Origin: Candidatus Lindowbacteria bacterium RIFCSPLOWO2_12_FULL_62_27
Lineage (GTDB): Bacteria > Lindowbacteria > 2-12-FULL-62-27
Direction of reading: 5' to 3'
Length of the DNA: 64,000 nt
Assembly (NCBI GenBank): GCA_001784175.1
Contig: MFPR01000040.1
Span: 44,955 to 108,954 of the forward strand
The notes under the pieces were generated by a model, which saw only the letters and a list, made by a program, of their open reading frames with translations, was not told where the DNA came from and did no database searches. Numbering within the stretch: the stretch's first letter is position 1; each line of letters opens with the position of its first letter. The position numbers and the translations under genes are program-made. This document shows, one piece after another, positions 56,561-64,000 of this stretch.

Positions 56561-58396
56561 ATGGAAGGGTGGAAAGGAGCCGGGATATGGCTTCCCGCAG
56601 CCTTTGGCGTGCTCCTCGGAAGTCTGCCGGCGCTCGCGCTGGACATTCATGACGGCTGGGGATTTCAGACCGGAGACAGGAATGAATGGGCGTCGCCGGC
56701 GTTTGACGATTCGGCATGGCGGAAAATCCGGGGCGGCCGGTCGTGGGAGGATCAGGGACATGCCGGATATGACGGCGTGGCCTGGTATCGGAAATGGATC
56801 AGCATTCCGAAGGAATGGTCCGGCCAGGACTTGATTCTGGAACTGGGTCCGATCGATGACGCCGACGTCACGTACGTCAACGGGCGAATCGTCGGCTCCT
56901 TCGGAGGATTCCCTCCTGCCTTCCGAAGCGCCTGGACAGCGGCGCGTGTCTATCGGATTCGGGCCGACCATGTACGGCCCGGCCGGCGGAACCTCATCGC
57001 CATCCGAGTGTACGACGGCGGGGGCGGCGGCGGTCTGCATGGATGGCCATATCTCATCAGTCCCGATTCCGAATATCAGCAGAAACGAAAGTTGGCGGAC
57101 CGGCCTCACCCGTCGCTGATAATTCCTTCGAATGTTCAATCCATACTGGAACAATCCGAACCTGAACTGAAAGGCGCCGATCTGGACGATGATCGTTCGT
57201 TTGTCATCCGCCGCGCGGTCGCCGCCATTCGCGCGGCGACGGTCCGGGAAGGCGCCGCGGCCGGACAGATTCGCGCCAGCCTGCCGCCCGGCGAATACCG
57301 GGACACGGCATGGGCGCGCGACATGGGCTACGCCCTGTTGGGCCTTTTGGATGCGGCGAGTTTGGGCGCGCAGGGCGTGCTTGACGACGTCCGGCGAGGA
57401 CTGGATTTCTTCATGCGGGCCGAAGCCGGCACGTACAAACAGTACGTCTGGAACGGTCTGGACCGGGGGGTCGGCAAGCCGTATCGCATTTCGGTCTGTC
57501 GCTATTCCGCCGGTGGTCGCGAGTATTCGGACATGGATGCGTCTCGTGGCCCGAACATCGAGCTGGACGGATTCGGTCTGGCGCTCAGCGTGTTTGAACG
57601 ATACGTCGAACAATCGGGGGATCGGACGTTTTTGCGCAAGCACTGGCCTGTGATTTCCAAGGAAATCGCTGACGTGTTGATCCATACGACGGATCAGGCA
57701 ACGGGATTGATCCGGCCCGAATCCGGAATCTGGGAGGTTCATCTGCCCGGCATGCGTTTTCTGCACACAAATGTGCTGGCTGCCGCCGGGCTTTTTTCCG
57801 CCGCGCGGATGGCGGCCGCGCTGAATGACGGGGCCTCCCGGGAGAAATACCAGCGCGCGGCCGAGTTGTTGGCGGAATCCATTCGCTCGCGGCTGGTTGA
57901 ACCCAACACGGGCGTCCTCGCGGGAAATCTGGAACATTTGAATGAAGGCCGGGCGCTGGAGGAATACGCGGGCTCGGCCGGCCCGGGCGTGGCGGACGCA
58001 ATCCAGTTTGAAGTTTTCGATACCGGCGACGCTGTGGTTCAGGCGTCGCTGGATCGCATCGCCGCCGAACTTCGGTGGGCCGGCGCCTACGCGCGTCTGG
58101 ACGGCGGCGGGACGGTAGAGGAATTTTCGTTTACGTCGTTGCGCCTGGCTGCGGCGTTCCTTCGGGCCGGCAGAAAAAAGGAGGGCGAGGCTCTCTTGAA
58201 CTGGGCGGAGCAGAACGCCCGCCAAAACCAGGGCTTGTTCGCTGAAGTCTACACGCGCGATGCGGGCGATTACGCCGGATCGTCGCCCTTGGTCGGGATG
58301 GGCGCCGGCGCCTATTTGACGGCCGTCGCGCAGCTTGTTCCGGGCGTGTCCTTCGGGCCAACCTCTGACCACGAAATTGAATTGATTGTGAAGTAA
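56561..58396 (+). CDS. Exported jelly-roll sugar-binding domain + GH15-like (alpha/alpha)6 hydrolase
   Basis: N-terminal GVAWYR...GPIDDAD...VYDGGGGGG module; YRDTAWARD, IELDGFG, SGIWE, GLFAEV and SSPL (GH15-like pattern). Confidence 0.65.
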   Translation: MEGWKGAGIWLPAAFGVLLGSLPALALDIHDGWGFQTGDRNEWASPAFDDSAWRKIRGGRSWEDQGHAGYDGVAWYRKWISIPKEWSGQDLILELGPIDDADVTYVNGRIVGSFGGFPPAFRSAWTAARVYRIRADHVRPGRRNLIAIRVYDGGGGGGLHGWPYLISPDSEYQQKRKLADRPHPSLIIPSNVQSILEQSEPELKGADLDDDRSFVIRRAVAAIRAATVREGAAAGQIRASLPPGEYRDTAWARDMGYALLGLLDAASLGAQGVLDDVRRGLDFFMRAEAGTYKQYVWNGLDRGVGKPYRISVCRYSAGGREYSDMDASRGPNIELDGFGLALSVFERYVEQSGDRTFLRKHWPVISKEIADVLIHTTDQATGLIRPESGIWEVHLPGMRFLHTNVLAAAGLFSAARMAAALNDGASREKYQRAAELLAESIRSRLVEPNTGVLAGNLEHLNEGRALEEYAGSAGPGVADAIQFEVFDTGDAVVQASLDRIAAELRWAGAYARLDGGGTVEEFSFTSLRLAAAFLRAGRKKEGEALLNWAEQNARQNQGLFAEVYTRDAGDYAGSSPLVGMGAGAYLTAVAQLVPGVSFGPTSDHEIELIVK

Positions 58397-58438
58397 ATGT
58401 CAAAAAGTGTGGGCCTGTCTTGTCTATCAACCAACTTT

Positions 58439-58849
58439 TTATGCCGGATCGAAGGGGTTTACGACAGGACGCAGGAGAAAATGGAAATGGCCGATGTTGC
58501 GAGTTGAAAGGATGAGATCATGAGCGACGGCCGTGGCCGCGATCAGACCGTCCGCAGTAGAAAGCTGAGACTGGCGCGAAGAGAGGCGTCCCCATTCTTT
58601 GGCGACGGCTTTGTCAATCGAGAGAAATCGATTGCTGAACCGCTCCTGAATTTGTCCGAACCAGAGCATCAGATCATTTCGGCGGCGGCCGGTTTCCATG
58701 CCCTCCATGCCCTTCTCTATTTCGCCCAGGGTGATGACGCTTATAAAAATGTCATCATCGGCGATCGATTCAAACCACCGCTTGACCCGGGATTCCGGCC
58801 GGAGCTTTGACATTTCTGAAATAATATTCGTGTCGACCAGATATTTCAT
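58439..58849 (-). CDS. vapC: VapC-family PIN-domain toxin
   Basis: Start moved to ATG 58849 (overlaps the antitoxin stop): MKYLVDTNIISE...ISVITLGEI...DGLIAATA...TRN. Confidence 0.9.
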   Translation of the reverse strand: MKYLVDTNIISEMSKLRPESRVKRWFESIADDDIFISVITLGEIEKGMEGMETGRRRNDLMLWFGQIQERFSNRFLSIDKAVAKEWGRLSSRQSQLSTADGLIAATAVAHDLILSTRNIGHFHFLLRPVVNPFDPA

Positions 58850-59097
58850 TTGAGCTTGATGCCGCGATGCGGCCGATTGTCGCGTTCCAACTTGATCCCG
58901 CTGCCGACCATGGGTGACTGACGAATCAAGTCCCAAAATTTTCTGCCGGTCAGGCGGTTTTCGCCGTAATCCTCGACGGCCGTGACGACGGCAACGGGTT
59001 TGCCATGGACGGTGATCTCCTGGGGGCCGTCTTTTCGCGCGGCCGCGACAAGCGCGCTCAACTTCGCCTTGGCGGTCTGCATCTGCCATTGTTCCAT
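58846..59097 (-). CDS. Phd/YefM-family antitoxin
   Basis: MEQWQMQTAKAKLSALV...GPQEITVHGKPVAVV; RBS AAGGAGG; upstream direct repeats AGTCAGATTGGTCAGATTG. Confidence 0.9.
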   Translation of the reverse strand: MEQWQMQTAKAKLSALVAAARKDGPQEITVHGKPVAVVTAVEDYGENRLTGRKFWDLIRQSPMVGSGIKLERDNRPHRGIKLK

Positions 59098-59227
59098 GGG
59101 TATCCTCCTTATAGTCAGATTGGTCAGATTGTCCTCGAGGACCAGGCATTTGTCAAGCGCAACCCCGGGTCCCTTTCGGGGCCCAGGCAGGGGGTTGGGG
59201 GGGCCTTTCCATTACCCACAATTTATC

Positions 59228-59371
59228 ACCACGGAGGCACAGAGACACTGAGAATATAATTTTCGCATCTGCTCAGGCTGATTATGTGGGAATTTACCAC
59301 GAATAAGAGATGTTCGAAGTTTGAACCATAAAAAAATTCGTGTCCATTCGTGCTCAGCATTCGTGGAAATT
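59228..59371. repeat. Degenerate CACGAA/CACAGAG-family palindromic repeat cluster
   Basis: ACCACGGAGGCACAGAGACACTGAG (59228-59252); AATTTACCACGAAT mirrored by (ATTCGTG)3-GAAATT (59336-59371). Confidence 0.55.
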
Positions 59372-59404
59372 GTTAATGTCCCCTCTATCGACCCGGTTAC
59401 ATAA

Positions 59405-59799
59405 TGTAAGCGATTTCACTTGACAACCGGGTACCGACGTGGGACACTGTCGTGGTGGGTGGTCAGCGGGAATGCCTGCCAAAGAGACTTCTGCACAATT
59501 GAATCGCCGGATGGAAGGAAGGCTATTTTTTTACAGTGCGCAGGAAGCGCTTACATCATTTTGGGGAGCAGGCTGTAGGTGTCATCTGGATCGGCAAAAC
59601 TCTTCACATGAAGGGTGCAATAACATGGATATATATCTGTATATAATTACAAAAGTATTTCCTTGACAAACCATATACCGACTAGGACAATCATGGGGTT
59701 AGGATAGTGGGACCGTGAGGGTCCGGCGTAATTTGGGGCGCTTGGAGAGAGGCAGGGGGTTGGTTGTTATTTTTACAGGCGTTGTTGGAAGCGCTTACA
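59405..59799 (+). promoter_or_regulatory. Leader region with three LacI-type operators and two TTGACA boxes
   Basis: TGTAAGCGATTTCA (59405-59418), GGAAGCGCTTAC (59543-59554) and TGGAAGCGCTTACA (59786-59799); TTGACA at 59420 and at 59663 (N17-GACAAT). Confidence 0.6.
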
Positions 59800-59857
59800 A
59801 CACAACCGGGGGGCCGTAATGCCGAACGCGGGGTTGAACGGGAGGACCCGAACTGAT

Positions 59858-62800
59858 TTGAGGATACTGGCAACGATGACGGTGGGGGTCTGCCCGTTTG
59901 TTCTGATGCTGCTGTGGGCGGTGGATGGCTGGGCGACGCCATTTCAGTATATGGGGTTCAACAATGGGACCGTGTATCGGGTGAATGTGGGGTCGACGTC
60001 GAATTACACCGACACCGGCGGGAACATCTGGTACGCGGACCGGGCGTACGACACGAACAGCACGGACGGGTTCGGGTATTCGGCGGGGAAGGGCGGGACG
60101 GCGGACACCGTGAGCGCGGACATCACGAGCACGACGCTGGATCCGCTGTATGCGTCGCACCGGTGGGGGGCCGAGATCGAGTACCGGTTTGACGTGCCGT
60201 CGGCGGGCTGGGACACGGGCGGGATTTACGAGGTGATGATCCGGATCATCGAGCCGTTTTATCAGGCCGGGGGCCAGCGGGTGTTCAACATCTATTTCAA
60301 CGACCTCAGCATCTCGGCGCGCGGGTATCTGATGTTTCAGAGCGTGGATCCGTATTCGTGGTCCGGCGCGCGGTACAAGGCGATGGACATCACGGTGCCG
60401 TATTTTCCGTGCAACGAAGGGACGCTTCGGATCACGTTCGTGCCGAACGGCGGGGACAACACGGCGCTGGTGTCGGCGATCCAGGTGCGGAAAGTGCCGT
60501 ACATCGTGGACAACCTGAATATGACGAACGAGCAGTTTCTGGACAGTTACGAGCGGAAGATATTCAACTGGTTTTACACGGAGGTGATCGACAATCAGTA
60601 TTATCTACCCCCGTCGGAAGGGGGCTATGACGTGCCATGGAACGAAGCCTTTACGAGCATTGCCTCGATCTCTCCTGCGATTGCCGCGTACGTGATCGGC
60701 CATTACCGGCAGTATCCGAAGCCGGGTACGACCCAGGCGTTCAGCTACAATGACGCGTACACGCGGGTGCTGGGCATTCTCAAAGGCGTGGGACAATTCG
60801 TCAAAGGCCCGAACGATCAGGACACGCCGGAGTGCACGGGCGGTCCACGGGCGTGTGATACGGTCTATTCGACGACCAGCATCTATTCGGATCCAAGTCT
60901 CTATAAGAATCATTACACACAGACCTATCATCACCACTATCACCGCGAGCCATGGTGGAAATTCGGCCATCCGTTTCCGGGCTTTGACAAGTGGCGGTCG
61001 ATCGACGACAACGGTGATCTGATGATCGGCATGATGCTTGCCGCCGAATATTTCAAAAACACTGAAATCGAGCTTAGAGCCCGCCAGCTTCTGGAGAGCA
61101 TCAACTGGGGGAATTACTGGTTTGATCCGTGCTACTGCGAGCGGATGATGGCGTTTCTCGAATCGGCCGGTCAGCCCAGAGACGACCGCCGAACTGCGAA
61201 TGACATCAACGCTTGGAACAATGCGTACTGGCAAGGCAATTACGGCGCCGCGATCTACTGGCACCAGTGGCAAAATCTCTGGTACGACGGCCGCAACACG
61301 CAGACCACGCAGGGCACTCAGGTAGGCCGAAATGATTTCAACGCGGATCAACAGCTCACTTTGGAGTTGCGCAAGCGTCAACAGGATATGTGGAAATACT
61401 TGCCCGATTGGTATAACACTTACGACTGGGATGCATGGGGCATAACGGCCGCTTCGCAGACGAACAGTTGTTACGGCGTAAACGGCTGGATACTTCCCAC
61501 AAACAACTCAACTGACGCGGCGGCGATGAATGGCCAGGCCGGGTTTTGCGGAACGAACGAGTCAAGGAGCTACGGAGGCAACCTCAATCCCTTCGCCACC
61601 GTCGCGTCTCTGCCGTTTGCTCCGACAGAGGTTCTCAACGCAATGCGTCACATGTTCTGGCGTTTTGGTCCAACGTCTGAAGGAGGCTTGGGATATCCGC
61701 AATACATGGGAGGCCCCATCACCAGCACATACGGTTTCGCTCAGACGTACAACATTGGCGATCAGCCAGATGGTTCCCTTTGGTACAGGGCCACCGGCAA
61801 CGCCGGATTCGACAATGGCCCGCAGATCATGGCAATCGAAAATTACCGCACCGGCCTGATTTGGAATTACATGATGCAAAGCGACTACATGAAGCGCGCG
61901 ATGTGGCGGTTCAAGATGCAGGGCTTCAGCGATTCGCCGGCGCTGCCGATGAACACTGTCACCGGCATCCCCGGCGCCGTCCACGCGTCGAATTCGACCG
62001 CGTCGCCCACCGACTGGGACGGGTACGGGCCGCCGCAGTCGTCGGGCAAGGCGATGTACGCGTTCGATCTTGACAAGATGAAGCGGTGGCACGCGATGAA
62101 GGCGGACGCGGACACCGGAAACGTGACGCTGTCGGTGACGTTTCCGAACGGGAGCGAGCAGACGGTGGGGAGCGTGATTTTATGGTGGCATGACGAGTAC
62201 GCGACGGCCTACGACATTCGCGTCAAATCGACATCCGACACGTGGCACACCTATTATACGACGACGAGCGGCGACGGCACGGTCGACCGTCTCACCTTTT
62301 CGCCACCGATCGCCAACGCGCGCGCGGTCGAAATCGTGATGAAGACGCGCGTGAACGCAACGCTCGGTTATTCGATCTGGGAGGTCGAAATCTACCCGGA
62401 CGTGCTGGTGGCGACGGGCGCGCTGGTGGACGATTTTGAGGTGACGAGCGGCAAGAACCGTCTGGGCGGATCGATGGATCACTGGCCGTCCGGCACGACC
62501 TACGCGAACCACGCGTACGCGAGCGACAATTACTACGCCGGCAGCAAGGGCATGTGGATCTGGTATGACGTTCGCGCAGGGAATCCCTCCGGGGAGGCAG
62601 GATACTGGACGCAGGTCGCCAATTACGACGCGCGCAACTACAAATATCTGTCGCTTTGGGCGAAGGGATCGACCGGGACGGAAAATTTCCGTGTGCGCCT
62701 CAAGACGGAGCTGACGCCCGGCAATTTTGTCGAGGACGCCGGCGACACCACGTTCACCGCGTCGACGACGTGGACGCAGGTCATCATTCCGCTGGTCGTG

Positions 62801-64000
62801 TACGACGCGTCGAATTTGGCGGACTTGGACAACATCAACGTGTATTTTCACAACAGTTATGGCGGAAATCAAAACAGCCAGATCTGGATCGACGACGTGC
62901 GGTTCGTGCAGGAGGAGGACCTTCCGCCGCCGGCGCCGACGGGCGCGGCGTCGGCCGCGTCGGGCGGGGACAATCTGATCACGTGGACGGCGATCCCCTC
63001 GCAGTATCAGGCGAATCTGGCCGGCTACAACGTGTACCGGAAGAAATGGACCACGACCGACACGGCGACGAAACTCACGGCCGTGCCGTTTGCCGGCACG
63101 ACGTACAGCGACGCGTCGCTGCCTGCGGCCGACAGCACCGTGTGGGAGTATTACGTGACGGCGGTCAGTTCGAAGGGCCCGGAATCGGCGAAGAGCGGCA
63201 CCGTGACGGCCATCCAGGGCAACGTGGATTTGAATTACAGCGACAGCCGGACGACGAACGCCTTCGGGCAGAACGACCTTGGCGCCTGGGGCGGCGCGAT
63301 CAACACGTGGATCGACACGACGCAGAAAGACGGGTCGACCGGCAAATCGCGATACGTCAGCGCCGCGAACGGCGCCGGCGTATTTTCGTCCCTGCTGGAC
63401 GTGGGCGTGACGGCGGACGGCGTGGTGGCACTGACGTTCGACGCGAAGGGAGCATCGGGCGGCGAGACGTTTCTAGTGGGGTTCAAGGACGGCGACGGCG
63501 TGTCCCCGCTGGAGGTGCAGGTGTCCATCGCCACATACGGCGGCGCGCTGACGACGTCGTGGAAGAGATACTCGATCCCGCTGGACGATTTCACCGGGAT
63601 CAATTTTACGAAGCTCGACAACATTTCGTTCAGCCTCGCCGTCCCGTCGGCGAATTTTATGATCGACAACGCCGCGTTCAGCCCGTCGGACACGTCGACG
63701 GTGGTGATGGACCATTTCGACGACGGCATCACCGATTTCAATCCGGCGATCTCCGGCGGCGGCGAGTTCAGCTGGGGCGGCGCGGGCCGGAGCAAATCGC
63801 AGGGCGGCGCCCAGTTCTGGCGCTCGCCGCCGTACGGGCTGAATGTGAGCATCGTGTCCGGCGCGGGGCAGGGATTCGGCCAGTCGGTTCCGAGCTACAA
63901 CGTATCGACGACCAAGTACCTCAGCCTCTGGGTCCGGGGGAGCGACCACTTTCAGAACGAGGACGTGCTGATCGGACTCAAGAGCTACACGGGCCCGACG
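59858..64000 (+). CDS. Very large exported malectin + highly divergent GH144-like + F5/8 + CBM11/CIA30-like + FN3 + CBM11/CIA30-like protein; truncated by the window end (>1381 aa)
   Basis: Not in the ORF track because there is no stop. TTG 59858 follows a GGGAGG RBS: MRILATMTVGVCPFVLMLLWAVDGWA...VYRVNVG...QRVFNI...NEQFLDSYERKIFNWFY...SIASISPAIAAY...AIYWHQWQNLWYDGR...GPQIMAIENYRTGLIW...GYSIWEV...IWIDDVRF. Read by hand as open to base 64000. Confidence 0.85.
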   Translation, partial: MRILATMTVGVCPFVLMLLWAVDGWATPFQYMGFNNGTVYRVNVGSTSNYTDTGGNIWYADRAYDTNSTDGFGYSAGKGGTADTVSADITSTTLDPLYASHRWGAEIEYRFDVPSAGWDTGGIYEVMIRIIEPFYQAGGQRVFNIYFNDLSISARGYLMFQSVDPYSWSGARYKAMDITVPYFPCNEGTLRITFVPNGGDNTALVSAIQVRKVPYIVDNLNMTNEQFLDSYERKIFNWFYTEVIDNQYYLPPSEGGYDVPWNEAFTSIASISPAIAAYVIGHYRQYPKPGTTQAFSYNDAYTRVLGILKGVGQFVKGPNDQDTPECTGGPRACDTVYSTTSIYSDPSLYKNHYTQTYHHHYHREPWWKFGHPFPGFDKWRSIDDNGDLMIGMMLAAEYFKNTEIELRARQLLESINWGNYWFDPCYCERMMAFLESAGQPRDDRRTANDINAWNNAYWQGNYGAAIYWHQWQNLWYDGRNTQTTQGTQVGRNDFNADQQLTLELRKRQQDMWKYLPDWYNTYDWDAWGITAASQTNSCYGVNGWILPTNNSTDAAAMNGQAGFCGTNESRSYGGNLNPFATVASLPFAPTEVLNAMRHMFWRFGPTSEGGLGYPQYMGGPITSTYGFAQTYNIGDQPDGSLWYRATGNAGFDNGPQIMAIENYRTGLIWNYMMQSDYMKRAMWRFKMQGFSDSPALPMNTVTGIPGAVHASNSTASPTDWDGYGPPQSSGKAMYAFDLDKMKRWHAMKADADTGNVTLSVTFPNGSEQTVGSVILWWHDEYATAYDIRVKSTSDTWHTYYTTTSGDGTVDRLTFSPPIANARAVEIVMKTRVNATLGYSIWEVEIYPDVLVATGALVDDFEVTSGKNRLGGSMDHWPSGTTYANHAYASDNYYAGSKGMWIWYDVRAGNPSGEAGYWTQVANYDARNYKYLSLWAKGSTGTENFRVRLKTELTPGNFVEDAGDTTFTASTTWTQVIIPLVVYDASNLADLDNINVYFHNSYGGNQNSQIWIDDVRFVQEEDLPPPAPTGAASAASGGDNLITWTAIPSQYQANLAGYNVYRKKWTTTDTATKLTAVPFAGTTYSDASLPAADSTVWEYYVTAVSSKGPESAKSGTVTAIQGNVDLNYSDSRTTNAFGQNDLGAWGGAINTWIDTTQKDGSTGKSRYVSAANGAGVFSSLLDVGVTADGVVALTFDAKGASGGETFLVGFKDGDGVSPLEVQVSIATYGGALTTSWKRYSIPLDDFTGINFTKLDNISFSLAVPSANFMIDNAAFSPSDTSTVVMDHFDDGITDFNPAISGGGEFSWGGAGRSKSQGGAQFWRSPPYGLNVSIVSGAGQGFGQSVPSYNVSTTKYLSLWVRGSDHFQNEDVLIGLKSYTGPT

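Noticed and set aside
59430-59640. Cobalamin or c-di-GMP riboswitch
   Set aside because: Only isolated GGGAA or GGCAAA words are present; the conserved cores were not found.

Overview
GC-rich, Gram-negative-type bacterial DNA. Almost the whole 64 kb is one large glycan-processing island, mostly on the + strand with many overlapping stop/start codons. Enzymes: five GH144/DUF3131-like (glycoamylase, endo-beta-1,2-glucanase clan) multidomain proteins, the last of which runs off the window end and is absent from the ORF track; a Cgs/NdvB-type GH94 phosphorylase; GH2, GH3 (PA14) and GH5; and several unassigned (alpha/alpha)6 hydrolases. They are built from a small kit of F5/8 (CBM32), malectin, CBM11/CIA30-like and beta-galactosidase-type jelly-roll modules. 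No SusC/SusD, TonB or ABC transporter is visible. Instead there is an outer-membrane module: an uncharacterised barrel-like protein, a CBM-rich protein with a T9SS/FlgD-type C-terminal sorting domain, a PorV-like barrel with a carbohydrate-binding domain inserted in it, and a second PorV-like protein. Regulation comes from a LacI-family repressor with nine candidate G(T/A/G)AAGCGCTT(A/T)C-type operators and a MshEN-domain sigma-54 activator next to a matching -24/-12 promoter and upstream palindrome. Small cassettes are interspersed: vapBC, an aspartic-protease pair, a LAS-peptidase pair and a low-GC adhesin-like gene between duplicated genes. At least four families of short repeat elements are present, three of them inserted in-frame in coding sequence. 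All family calls come from motif recognition by eye; no database searches were run.
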